Shown piece by piece: positions 1-22,390 of a DNA stretch of 64,000 nucleotides; the stretch's first letter is position 1; every line of letters starts with the position of its first letter. A program made the position numbers and the translations under genes. Where the stretch lies: assembly GCA_039621445.1 (NCBI GenBank), contig CP154954.1, forward strand, positions 49,269,847-49,333,846, written 5' to 3'. Origin of the DNA: Euglena gracilis. Its lineage: Eukaryota. Below the pieces are notes generated by a model. The model was not told the DNA's origin. It saw nothing but the letters and a program-made list of their open reading frames with translations, and ran no database searches.

Positions 1-974
1 GCCTACTCTGGCCCGACGGCCGATGGCCGTACATTGGCGCTCAGCATGAGGCATCTGGATCCAGCATTATCCGTGCTACCACAGGGAGTGCTGCAAACCA
101 CAGGGAGTGTTGCACACATTGATCTGTCTCTGGTCCAAATCCAGGTGCCTCATTGTCCCCGTGAGCCCCTGCGCTTTCGCCGAGGATCCCACTGCTCCCG
201 CCCGCCTGACGCTTTATGATAGTGGCACTCTTACCACACACACACCTTTCGCATGGATTGCACATGTGCACCAGAGACTTTTTTTTATAAGTGTGCTTAC
301 CCAGGGGGGAAGGGGAGGCTGGGTGGGTGGGTCCACCCCCCCCCCCCCCCAGGGGGTCGGGCCAAGCACGCCGCCCAAGGTGGGATTCCCTTCTATTTTT
401 GGCACGAAACAATTTCTTGGGACCTCAAAATTGACCCCAAAAGTTGGTTTCCCGAGCCCCCCCCCCCCAAGCCCCCCAGGGGTGGGTGGGCAGGTCTTGA
501 CTCCCCCCCCCCCAGGTCCTGGAAAAGCCTCTGAGGCACACACACACACAAAGCACACAAACTCCCAATCCATAGACATTTCCACCCACGCCCACACTTC
601 AAACACGGCCATCCTCACCTGTGCACAAAGTCAATGGCCCCCTCGGCAGACAGCCGAAAGGGGCCTCAGCTGCGCCGGCTGCCCAGCTGCGATTTCCCTC
701 TTGCTTTCTGCCAGGGATGGTTGCTGGAGGCCTGCTGTCCTTGCCGGTTCTTGTATCAAATATGTTTGTCTCACATTTCCTAATGGACCTTTGTCACTCA
801 GAGCAACATGTCTGGATTTTCCGCTGTTGGTTTTGTTGGTTGTGGAAGAAATCGTGCCTGTTTCGTTGCAGGCTGCAGGTAACCACTTTTTACAGTGAAA
901 GGGTTTTGTGTTGTGTGTTTTTGTCTGTCGGTCAAGGTGTGTGTAAGTGTGTGTGTGTGCGTGCGTGCGTGTGC

Positions 975-1013
<39 letters not shown>

Positions 1014-2089
1014 GGTATGCGTGTGGGAATTGTCCCGACCTGGAATTGCCCAATGCACCACTCCACGTGCGTGATTTTGGCGGAATATGCAAAACTGGCC
1101 TTTGCCTTTGCACTATTGCCAGCTGATGAAAAATGAATACTAGCAGCTCTCTGCGTGACACGTTGCACTCCGCCCTTCTGTTCTTTCACCATGGGGGTGC
1201 AGTGTCATTTTGCTAGTGGGGCGCAATGGGCAGAGCAGAAATAATGAGCAGAATGAGACATCATCTTCCCTCGCGTTATTTTTATCTCTCGCTTGCACTG
1301 CACTCTTCATTGCGAACCCGCAATGTCAACCCGTGGTTTACACAATTTACCCCCCCCCCCCGTAAAAGAAAGAACGCTCTTTTTTTTAAAAAAAATCTGT
1401 CGAGTCGGACTTCCAGGGGGGGTCTGACTTTTGGGCTTTGGAGGTCCGGCTGCCGGGGTCATCTGCCTCGCCAGATCTATTGCGGCCGGTCGTGTTTGAG
1501 GCCACATCCCAAGCCCCCCATCCCTGCGCCCCGGTCTGCGCCCTCACACCTCCTCCCCCCTCTTTGGTGACTTTGGGCCGTGGAGGCGCTGACCGCTGGC
1601 CAGGCGTCTTTCCCCCCCAACCCTGGCCGCCCAAAGGTATTTCCGATTTGTGAGCCACATGGGATTCTACCCCCCGTCTGTCTGTCGTCCTGCCAGCCGG
1701 CACCTTTTTGGCACCTTGCTCAGGGCTCAGAGCAGAGGACCATTATTCAGGTTGCCGGACCACCTTTTTGGTCGACTGAAATGAAACGTTGGGTATCGCT
1801 TTGTCCAGTGGGATCAGCCCATAAACTTTCAATTGCAAAGTGCAAAAAAAATTCTGGGAAATTTTGCAGAGTCTTCCTACGAACGCTCGAAATGGTTTCA
1901 AAATATGATTTGAGGCGGGTTGAAAGTGAGGTTTGCACCAGAATGATGTATCCCCCAGAGTATGCCCCCCAACCGTTTGGGTTTGGGAAAATAGGATGTG
2001 ACGGCCTTCTGGTCCCTGTTCCAGTGGGTTTTGGGAAGTCTGGCCACTGGGTTTCAAGGCCGCTGAACGCAGGGGGGGGGGCTTCAAAG

Positions 2090-5000
2090 CACGCCTGCGG
2101 CCGGCAGAGCCCGCACTGCCATCTCATTCTCTCGCCGTCGCCTTCCTCGGCCTCCCGAGCCAAGCACCCATGGAATGACTGAGCGCGACTGGCCGTGACT
2201 GGGCGTGACCAGGCGTGACCAGGCGTGAGCGGGTGTGACTGGGCGTGACCGGGCGTGACTGCGTCTGGGATTCTGGATGACCATGGGTGCTTGCCCCAGG
2301 CCTCCCCTCGCTCCGCCTTCCCTTCCCTTCCCTTCCGCCCGGATGGCCCCCCTTCCCCTGCCCAGGGCCAACCGGGAAGGCCAGCCCCAGCGGGCGTCGG
2401 CCCCCTTCCCGGTGTGCCCGAGCCGCCGTTCTTCAGGTTGAAGGTCCCTTCGGTGCTGAAGGAATTTTTCTTATGTTTAACTGTCTAATTACCCTGGCGG
2501 GTCCCCCCCCCCTGTGAACAGGGTTCGATGTAAAGAAGGGAAGGGGTAGAGAGGGGGCTCCTCTACCACCACCGCCAGCAGGAGCAGCCTTGCCAGAATT
2601 TCGAGGCAGTGCAGGGGGGATGTCTTTTTGTATTTTTTGCGCATTTTTTTGCGCAGTTTTTCCAAAAAAATGTGCATTTTTGTGCATTTTATCACATTTT
2701 TTTGCACATTTTTTTCCCAATACTTTTCCAGCGCATTTATTTCTTTCTGGCACATTTTTTTCGTCATTTACTTTTTTTTCACCACATTTATGTGAATTTT
2801 ATCATTTTTTGCGCATATTTTTCGAGCCGGGCTGGCACATCCCCCCCCCCCCCGGCCATTCTTCCCCTCTTCCCTCAATCAAATCCTGCTGAGGGGCTGC
2901 CTCCCCCCACCAGGCGTTCCCACACAGCCCTGCCCTTGCCCCCCGGCTTGGAGCCCCGGCAGCGGCCCTGGGCCCAAGCCACCGCTCCACAGCCAGCGCT
3001 GACCCCCTCCTCTGCCTCGACTCGCCGCACTCCTCCTCCCCCCCACGGTGGAGCGGGCCCCTTTCTCCCACCTATGCGGCTCCCACGGTTGCCCCCATTT
3101 GACTGGAACTAACAGTTGTATATTCGGCGGGGGCGGCGCCCCCGGCTCTTCCCGGCCTTCCCCAAGATGCGCAGGCCTCCCTCGGCTTTGGGTGGCGTCT
3201 CGATGAATGCGGTTTTCTGGCATTTGGTCCCATGATCGTCTGCGCTGCCATTTTGTTTTGTAGCTGGGGTTTCCAAATTTACACGATTGTGCCTGTGCAC
3301 ATCAACGCATGCGCATGTCTCAGGTGCAGGCACACAGCGTGATCTTTGCCCCTCCCCCCCCCCCATTCCCCAGTCATAAGTTCTCGGCTTTTTGGACTGG
3401 TTTGTATTTGACCAATGACCCCTGGGGGGGGTTGTCGTGTCCCCGAACCGAGCCACCGGCAGCGCTCCGCTGGGGCTTTCGGTGCTGTCGGCCCCAACCG
3501 CCAGCCATGGCCCGGCCTTTTCGATGTTCCGCTGCAGGCCCCCCGCACGACCCCGGCCGACCCTCTGCCGCCGCCCCTGCCCGCGCCCCGCTGCCCTGCT
3601 GGGCTGAGTGAAAATAGTACCACAGGGCATGCCCTTCCAAGATGATGGGGTCGGGCACTGCAAAGAGCTGATTAGCTTTCTTCAAATGGCCAGCTTGCAG
3701 GGGGCAAGGGGGATGCTCTCACACATCTCGGCACCGCGTGCACCACGTGGCGTACCGCATGCACTGTGTGAGAAAAATCATTTCCGATTGTGCAATTTTC
3801 ACATATTTTTTCATCAGCACCTCACTTTTAGTCAATTCCTTTTTTTTGTTGGGCTCCATTTTTTGGCCATCTTTGGACCACTTTTGGCCACTGTCAGCCA
3901 CTTTGGGCAGCATCTAGCAATTTAACCCACGTTTGGCCTGTTGCATGCAATTTTTTCATCAATTTCTGGCTTTTTTTTTCATTTTTTTGGGCCCATTTTT
4001 GGCCACTTTTGACCATTTTGTGCCCACTTGCACAGATGCAATGGCTGTTTGAACAGAATCATTGAGATGTGGTGGCAAAACCAGCCGAAATGTGGGCTGA
4101 AACCAGCTAAAAACAACCAATGTCACCCAAATTGATATGTTGTTCCAATTTTGGAATCGCTGGGAGTTTTTTGCAGGTGTTTCTCTCTCGAGGGTTTTCG
4201 GTTTGTACCTGATTCTTGTCACGTGGTGCCACGCGGTGCACCCGGTGCCACACGTGGTGCAGAACACACCGATCCACGCGGTGCGGGAGCATCCCCAAGG
4301 GTGAATGACTTTTAACTGGACCCACATGAATTTACTGTTTCTTCGGACCACCTCCTTTTTGTTGTTGTTTTTTTTTTTGCTTCGGTGTGGGGTGTGACAG
4401 CCTGCCTGGCTGGGGAGTGTCCCTGGGTGTGAAGCATCGAGATCCTTTCCCCACCGTAAAATGCATGGTATGGCCAGGGGATAGGGAGTTTGTTTAAATG
4501 AAAGGGAGGTCTTTTTTTCCCCGAGGACAGCAGCTTGAGGACCTCGAGGATGGGCGGTTTGGTCTTGAATGGGGTTGAAAATTAAAGGTAGGAAAATGCA
4601 CCTTGTGATGCGATTTGTGGATTGCTGATGGTCCACTAAAAATGTGGAACCACATTTCCACACAATTTGTCGCACCCACAAAAGTGACCAGTGGATGCCA
4701 CAAGTCACTTTCCCCCCACTTCCAACCCATTTTTCGCCCAGAAAGGTCGAATTCCGATTCAGGTTTTCCAACCTAATGGCCTCCGTGGGTCACCGGACGG
4801 CCACCCTCGACGAAAACGCAAGGTTGGCTGCCCCGGGAGGGCGTCCCCGCCCCCAGCGTCTCACTGGTCGCAAACCCTTCAGCTCCCCCCGCCAGGCTTC
4901 TCTTTAACTTGGAAGACCCCCCCGGGGGGGAGAGGGGGGCGTCCGGGTCCGGGTCCGGGTCCGGGTCCGGGTCTGGGCCCTGGGCCGGCAGCCCGGGTAT

Positions 5001-8000
5001 GAAAAAGAAGCCTGCCCCCCACTGCCCTGTCGTCCCTCCTTTGGCTTCCAGTGCCCTCCAGTGATGCTGCCTGCCCCCCAGCCCAGAGGCTGCCTGTGGG
5101 ATGGAGTGCTGGCTCGTGAAATCCTTCCGGAGGCGTCAAAACCGGTGGACAACAATTGCTCTTCAGGGAATTCTTTGAGCCAGACCCCACCCCTCCCCTC
5201 CAGGGGGGGTCCAGGTCGCCAGCACCTTTTCCAGCCACGAAAAAAAGATGCTGGCTTTTGTTCCAGCTGGCAAAATATGTTTAAGCTGGTGACCTGGGGG
5301 TGGGTCCAGCCAGACCCCCCCCCCCGGCAGTATATTTTGAACCCCCACAGATATATCAAACTAAGACTGCCCTAAAAGTTGACCAAAAATGTATATTTTT
5401 TGTCTATCTGTGTATATACATTTTTTTATGTTCAATGCAAGTTTGTGCACGAGCGTATATGGAATTGATTGCTGGGTGGAATGGATGGGTGTGCCGATGG
5501 ATAAATGGGTGGGTGGATATAAGTGTCGATGTATGGATGAACCAACATGCTCCCCCCCCCCCTGCCGTGGTGCTTGCCCCCGGCAGTTGCCCTCCACATT
5601 TACCAATTCGCCCAGCACTCTATGTTTAATTTGCAACCTTGTCACCACATTTTTGAGTTTCATTTGCCTTATTTTCCACATTAACACCGAAGTCGTACCA
5701 AGTGAATTGCCCCACCCCCAAAAGTTGGCACCCGCACTTTGTGTTTAACCATGGGGGGGGGGGGCTCCAGGGTCCCCACATGCACACTTGGCACATGGAG
5801 TCGGTGTGTGCAAAGGCGGGCTGTAAGCTTAATACCAGTGCGGCGGCCTCTGCCTTCTTCGTCGCTCTGCGCTTCAACGCTACCACTGGCGCCTGGAAGC
5901 TTTCCCCCCCACTCATCCTCAATGTCGCCGACCAGCCCACATTGACCCCTGACTCACTCTCACTTCTCTGCATTTACCACTCTGCCTCCCTCGCCAACCT
6001 CCGTCTGATTACCTTTTCAGCCCTCATCCACCTGTCCTCATTTGACCATTCCTCTGAGCACTGCCCCTGGGATTGATGCAGTGGGGAGATACTTAGGGAT
6101 ACCCAGGGTGGATGGGAATTTGAACAGGGGGAGATTCTGTGGATATTTTGTCACATTTTCTCCTTGATTGAACCAAATTCATTAAATGAATTCAAATAAA
6201 GAAAAAGAGAGTGTGGTGCATTTTTTTTGGGCTATGAAATGAAACCGCTGCATTGAAGGATCATCTGGAATTCCCCATCTTTTTTTAAGGCAGTCAGAGA
6301 AACAACAGGAAAACATCTTCGTAATCCCTCCGTTTAGTGCTCGCTTTTTGCAGATTTTGTTCGGAAAGAACAAAAACCATTTTGACACATTTTCCTTGCA
6401 TTTATTGCATTTTCCATGCATTTTCCTTGGCATGACACTGAATTTCTGCCTGTTTTCATTTCTGGCACATTTATTAGTGTCTGTTCTGCTGGCTTCAGGA
6501 TGAGTAATGATATTTGAAATTGAAGACGTAATTAAAATCGAGGCTAATTTGAGCCCACCCTGATAGATTTCTGAGAGGTGCTTTTTTGCATTCTGTGGGT
6601 GAAAAGCAGTGTGGGACGGCAAATTATCCGCCGAGCCAGATTTTTTTGTGGTGTGGTTTTTGACTTCCCCATGTGCACTACCTTGCATAGTGGCCTTTTC
6701 TTTTTTTCTTTTGCTTTGGATTTGTGTGCTTACCCCATGGCGCTCGCCACCTGAGGGAACCCCATCATCCCAGGTATGCGGGAAAACTTCCCTAATTCGG
6801 ATGATTAGCCATCGTCACAGCTTGAGAAACACACAAAACGAGATCCAAGAAAATTTTTTGTTGAAATTCCACGGAAAACAGGTCTCCGGTGTAGATTCGG
6901 TGCATTCCTCGTTGCATCACCTTTCAACGTTGCCGACAATGGATCGGGGGATGCCCTCGCGTGGAAATCGGTCCGCCACGCCTGCACCGTCGCTGCCCCT
7001 CGTTGTGTCCCGTGCTTCCCGGGGCTGCCCGGCTGGCCCTCTGAAAGTCGAACGGCGCAGTTGGTCAACAGTGGTCTGACCCCGTCCGTGCCCGAGGCCA
7101 TCCCTGTGGTCGGGCTGCCCAACAACCGCTCCGCAGGTCCCACGCCCCCCCATGCTTGCCGCGTCCCCGGCCCTCGCCCTCCTCCTCGCCCTGCTGTGCA
7201 GGGATGGATGGAAAGCCCTTCGCTATTGAGGTAGGTGGTAGGGGGGGATCGCTGAGCTCTTATCCCTTCAGGGTAAGAGCGAAGCTTACCCCTGGCGAAA
7301 CCCCCCCATCGCCTCCCCCCCCCCCCCAGGGTCGGGGCCACCTGGAGAACCGACGGATTATCACCATGATCCCGGCCCTGTTCCCGGAATTTTTTTTTCA
7401 ATCGCGAGCGACTGGATTTCTGGTTTCCGAATCACCTGGGTTTGACCCCCGACACACCGCCAGGCCCGAGTTATTCACGCGCGAAGGGGTCCAAACTGGG
7501 TAGGATCGGCGCCCCCCTTTTTAAGCCCCCCCCCCTTTGGACTCTGCCATTTCGGCCAAAAATGTCAATTTTCAAAATATCTCCAAAATGAAGCCAAATC
7601 AAACAAAATGTCCGGAGACCTAATTTGAAGCCCTTGGAACGCCCCATCTGCTGGTATTTTAATTTCCCCGCAACTCCCCGCCTAGCCCGAGATACGGCCG
7701 TTTTCGGCCCTGATGGCCGTTTTGTACACTTTTCCCACTGTCCGACTTGCCATTTTCGGCCAAAAAAAGTCAAAAAAAAAATCGAAATTTTTTTTTTGCC
7801 CGAAACGATGTTTTTTGGCCTCCCGGACCCGGAAAAACTGTTTTTCAGCCGAAAATGAGCGTTTTTCGACCCGCCAACGCCCCGTTTTGGGCCGCCAACC
7901 CATTGACTTTGGGTCAAAACCGGGTCAAAAAAGTCGAAAAAAGGTCGAAAAAATCGAATTTTTTTTGCTCGAAACGATGTTTTTTTGGCCTCCCGGACCC

Positions 8001-8943
8001 GGAAAAGGTGTTTTTTGAGCCAAAAATGAACGTTTTTCGACCCCTGGCGCCCCGTTTCGGACACAAAACCCTTGCATTTCAGTCAAAAGACCTCCATGGA
8101 GTGGGCCGGTGTATATGGGGGGTCAATGAAGGGGTGGGTGCTATCAAGAGCTCAGCACTATTCAAAACCTGGTCCCGACCCCCCCCCCCCCCCCGGGGGA
8201 GTAAGGTGGTAGGGGGGGGGGGCGGACCTCCCCCCCCCCTAGATGTTGGGAGGGGACCCCCCACCCCCCCTCCTTGACAGGTGCCAAAAATAGCAGAAAA
8301 TTTTTTTCCGGCGCTGTGCGCCGGAAAATGAGCAAAAACACCCCTTTGCTGACTTTTGGACATATTACCCATTTTTTGATGTGTTGGTGTTTTCCCCCAA
8401 ATAAACTTTCAAAAAAACTTCAAAAAAATGAGCTTTTTTGGATCGATTTTCAAAGAAAAATCAGGGATTCTTGACCGATTTCGACCCGATTTCCGGCCCT
8501 TTGCCCGTCCATGAAATCGAAAAAATTTCGCCCCCCCCCCCTCAGTTTCGAGGTAGGAGGGGGGGGTCCGACCCCCCCCCCCCCTGTGTGCACTGTGGCT
8601 GTTTTTTTGGTGCCTTTTATCCCTTCTTCTGGCCTGGCGCTGTTGTTCGCCTCTGGCACTTTTTGTCTGTGTGCGTGGAGGTGGCCGGAGCCTGGCGGGA
8701 CTTACCTTGTTTACGACGCCGGCCACCAAGCGCCCGCCAGGCACATACTCCATTTTAGTTAGGGGGGGTCTCCTTCGCCGTGACGACGCACCGGTTACTC
8801 TAGTCCACGACCCCAGCAGGTGTGGTTCCCAACTCAGTGCACAGGTCCACTCAATTAGGAACAAACTCGTGGGTAGGTCTGTTCCAGGCCCGGAGGCACC
8901 TCCCGGGGCAGCCCTGTCCCACAAGCACACCCACTTGGAACCC
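2090..8943 (+). CDS. Fragmentary multi-exon gene(s), Pro-rich hypothetical protein; may begin upstream of 2090
   Basis: GC-rich exon-like islands at ~2090, ~2880, ~3440, ~4776, ~5840 (AAASAFFVALRFNATTGAWKL) and ~6950-7136. In-frame GT-AG introns 7137-7201 and 7231-7329 give ...NNRSAG-MDGKPFAIE-GRGHLENRRIITMIP. Overall structure unresolved. Confidence 0.35.
2161..2293. mobile_element. Mini hAT-like MITE, CAAGCAC family
   Basis: Perfect 13-bp TIR CAAGCACCCATGG/CCATGGGTGCTTG; internal GGGCGTGAC(T/C) 10-mer array; degenerate TSD TCCCGAGC/CCCCAGGC. Confidence 0.8.
4893..5014. mobile_element. hAT-like MITE, possibly an intron
   Basis: TIR CAGGCTTCTCTTT/AAAAAGAAGCCTG; TSD CCCCCCGC/CCCCCCAC (7/8); internal (TCCGGG)n. 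Confidence 0.65.
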
Positions 8944-9092
8944 GGTCAGGCACCCCCCCTCCTGGGGGCAAAGGCGAACCTTATTTCAGCTGCCGGGTCC
9001 ACCCCCCTGGGTCTCCTTCCCCCCCCCCCCCCCCCCCCCCCCGTGTCGGGAGGGGGGTCCGACCCCCCCCCCTCAAGGTTTCCTATCCATCC

Positions 9093-10998
9093 CTGCTGCT
9101 GTGTGATCTGGCAGCGGCGCAGCCGAGCCCCACCCCGCGCTCCGACCAGGGTGTGCCTGACCCCCCCCCACGGTGCCGTGGGGTCACGGCACGGTACAGC
9201 GGCAGCATGGACAAAAGGTGAACACCGCCCCCGACTCAGCAACCGCTATGGCTTCGCCCCGCCCACCCGCCCACCTCGCATTGTGTCCTCTCACTCACAC
9301 CGACCATCAGTAATGGACAATGGCCGTGGGCCCTGCACACAATCCGGCCCACCGCCCCACGCCCCCCCCCTCCAAACCCAGGGCCGTACCTGCTGCAGTA
9401 CCTGAAGGGCACCTCCACCGCCTGCCTGGAGGCCCTGCCGAACCGCGTCAACGTCGCCCCGAAGTCCTGCAGCAAGACCGCCGCCCAGCAGTTCTATTAC
9501 TCTCCGACCCTCGGCGCGTTCAAGCCAGGCCGTATTTTACTCGGGTGCCGACCCCACCCCGGGGGGGGGGGTGCCTGTCTGGGCAGGCACTCATAGGCAC
9601 TCCGGAACCGCCCCCCCCCCCGGGGTGGTAAAAAACAGCCTGGTTCAAGCTGTTCCAGAAGTGCCTCGGCCTCCCCCCGGGCCCGGTGGGCGGCGGGCTG
9701 CAGCTGCTGACGTGCCCGGACCACGCCAACGAAAGTGTGGCGCACGCCCCCCCCCCCCCTGCCTGCACCGGCAGAAAAAAATGATGGAGGGTCTTTTGGG
9801 GGGGTTTTGAAAACTCGAACGTGCAGTTTTTTCCCGGATGGGAGGGGACAACACTCGATGTCGTTGAAGTTTCAAAAGTCCAGCACGAGGGAGACGAACG
9901 ATAGCTTTTTTGTGCATCTTCATGTCTTCCCCATTAATACAATGGGACCGAAAACTCAAACAGACCCCTCAAAGCTTCTGCTGATGTGGGGTATGTGCAT
10001 CTTCTATTTCATGCTTGGATGGTACCTTTGTGTCGTCTCTCATTTTCAAACCGTTTTTTGCTTGCCATATGTGGATTCCCCGGCCAGCAACGTCTGGAAG
10101 GCGCTCAGTCGCGCTGCCCCCCTCCAGATTTCAAGGCCACGTGGACGTGCCACCCGAAGCAGCGGGAGTGCTGTGTCGCGGCGAACAGCCACTACTGCGT
10201 CAAGATCAAGGACGGGACGTCGTGGCTGCCGGCGTGGCTGCCAGACGTGGACATGGGCAGCCCCAGTGTGTGCCGCCCTCCTGCCTGCACTTTCGTGCGA
10301 CGCCTCGTGTGGGCTTGGTCTTGTCCACGTTATGCTTCTGAGGCCAGACAAACGGGGGTCAAAGGAGCCTGTTTGCCAATAATGTGTGCCAATAATGCGG
10401 TCTTTTGCAGTGGTTGCAGTGGTGGGTATAAGTTTTTGAAAGCAACGTGGAATAAACAATTAAATGATAAATGATGAACTCAGGGTTTATTTTATGGCTT
10501 GAGGGCAGTCATTATTTGGTTATCAGCGTCAAACTCAAGATATTGGCCATAAAATCAGTTTGCCAGTCCCTGCAGGCATTTATTTTTGAACTATTTATAA
10601 AAATATAAATACATGTGCAATGTTAGTAAATTCAATAAATTGAATAAGGTCAACGATAAATAATATGCATATATTGTTTTTTATATTTATGCAATGGTTT
10701 TAGATATGTTTAAAATATTTGCAAAATGCATATATTTTTCCAATCTGTGCACAGAGCCAATTTTCTCGACATCAGTCCATTCTTCGGATGGACGGATGCG
10801 ATCACCTCTGCTATGCCATTTTCTCTGTGTGTGAGATTCTCTGCACTATTCTCTCCGCCTCGCACAGACGGCATCTGGCGGATGGTGGCCTACTTCATCC
10901 TCTTCACGCTCCTGCTGGACCTCGTGATGTGCGGCATCAAGCTGGCCATCAGTCTCCTCCGGTTCGTGTGGGGACTCCTGGAGAAGCAGGAGCCCGAG
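9093..10998 (+). CDS. Multi-exon Cys-rich ricin-B (beta-trefoil)-like protein with C-terminal TM segment; ends uncertain
   Basis: Exons ~9093-9150, 9382-9522, 9648-9734, 10128-~10255, ~10850-10998 give LLLCDLAAAQ...ACLEALPNRVNVAPKSCSKTAAQQFYY...KCLGLPPGPVGGGLQLLTCPD...ATWTC..., then MVAYFILFTLLLDLVMCGIKLAISLL. The CL-x-C-x-QxF/W pattern resembles ricin-B repeats. Confidence 0.55.
9526..9642. mobile_element. hAT-like MITE forming a non-conventional intron (9523-9647)
   Basis: TIR CAGGCCGTATTTTAC/GTAAAAAACAGCCTG; perfect 8-bp TSD GTTCAAGC (9518-9525, 9643-9650). Removing the element plus one TSD restores GAFKLFQKCL. Confidence 0.85.
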
Positions 10999-12597
10999 GT
11001 GTGTGGCCGGCAGGTCCGCCAATGCACGCCTCAGAAATGAAAGATGAATTTGTGTGCCCCCGTTGCCCAAGGACCACGCGCTGCCACTCTCCTCCTTGAC
11101 CTGCGTTCTTTTCCTCCTTGTCATGGCTGCTGCTTTGCTTGGGCCCTGAGGTGTAAACGAGGCCCCAAAGGTATCGGTTTGCTGAGGTCCCCCCAGACCC
11201 ACCCATGTGCACAAAAAAGATGGATGGAGATGGAAAGTCGAACACATGAAGTTCGAACATACAGGTTCGGTGGCCGGCCAGCTTTGCAGTGTGCTTCATG
11301 TCCTTGCTGGGTTTACCGTGCGAAGATGGTGACCGGGTTCCCCCAGTTGCATTTACACACTGGCAGGGGAGGGGAAAATTGCAGACTGCATAATCTCGCA
11401 TAATCCCGTATAATTTGCTTTTTTTTGTGAGAATGCAAAAAGAACAGGCCCTGAGAAGCAGCAGTTTTTTTCCAGAAAATAGGTTTTGTCATTCTTGAAT
11501 CATATTTTCCATTGTTTTATAACACTTATAATTGAGCATTATTCAGGTAGGAATATTTTGGCCCGCATTATCCCGCATAATCCTGCACAATTTTCAAGGT
11601 CAAAATTGACCCAAAAGCACGTCATTATGCAGGATTATGCGAAAAAAATTCGGGGTGTAAATGAAATGAAAAATTGGAAAATCCAGGGGGGGGTGACGAT
11701 CCTATTTTATTTGTTGTGACGATCCTATTTTTCGAGTCTGTTTGACCGACCTTTGACCCCAAGAGTTTTCAGGGTTCCCAAACGCCCAATTCCCCAATAC
11801 TTCATTAATTGTGAGATTGCTCTCCAACTAGACATTTCACATGACTCCTGGGCCTCAAAAATGCTAAAGTATCAGTCTCATCTTTGGATTTCAGTCGTTT
11901 TTACAGGTTGCGTGGGGTCAAATTTGGGGTGAGGCGAGTGATTCTTGGATTTTTGCATTTGTCGGGTTTTATTTGGGGGGGAATTATTTGGTCTGGGAAG
12001 GGGGGGGCTGGACTATAACAAAAATGGAAATTTGACTGGGATGTATGTCACTCTCCTGGGCTTTTGGAACTCGAACTAGCCTCCTTCCCCAAGGACGACG
12101 ATGTTGCAGTAACCCCCCTATCAAGCCACTGGGATATAATTGGAGCTGGGGGGGGTCCAACCCTCCTCAACCTCAAACTGACGATGGCTGAGAGAACCTT
12201 TCAAATGTGGATAAAATGCAGAATATAACAGTTTTGAAACGCCATAATTGCAGTTTTGAACTGTGTCCAAAAAATTCAGGACCAGAGGATTGTTTCGACA
12301 ACTTTTCACAGCATCTTCACCCTCAACCAACTCCCAAACCATACCCTCAGAACATAACAAGGTCAAAAATTTTGAATAAAAAAACGCACCCAAACAAATT
12401 TTGTTTTGTAAGCCTCCTTTGGTGATTTGACGGGCCCGGAGCGTAGTTTGGGCGTGACTGGGTGTGTCTCGCCGTGGCTGAATCTGGGATTCTGGCCATA
12501 GGTGCTTGGCTCCCACCGTCGCCCTCCCCTCTCTGCCTCAGCTCGAGGTGGAGCCGCAGCCGTGGGGGCAGGAGCGGCAGCCGCTGGCCCACTGACC

Positions 12598-22390
<9,793 letters not shown>

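Noticed and set aside
267-533. CAGAG...CTCTG-bounded element as another MITE-intron
   Set aside because: TIR-like ends are present, but the flanking 8-mers match poorly and the flanks are not clearly coding.
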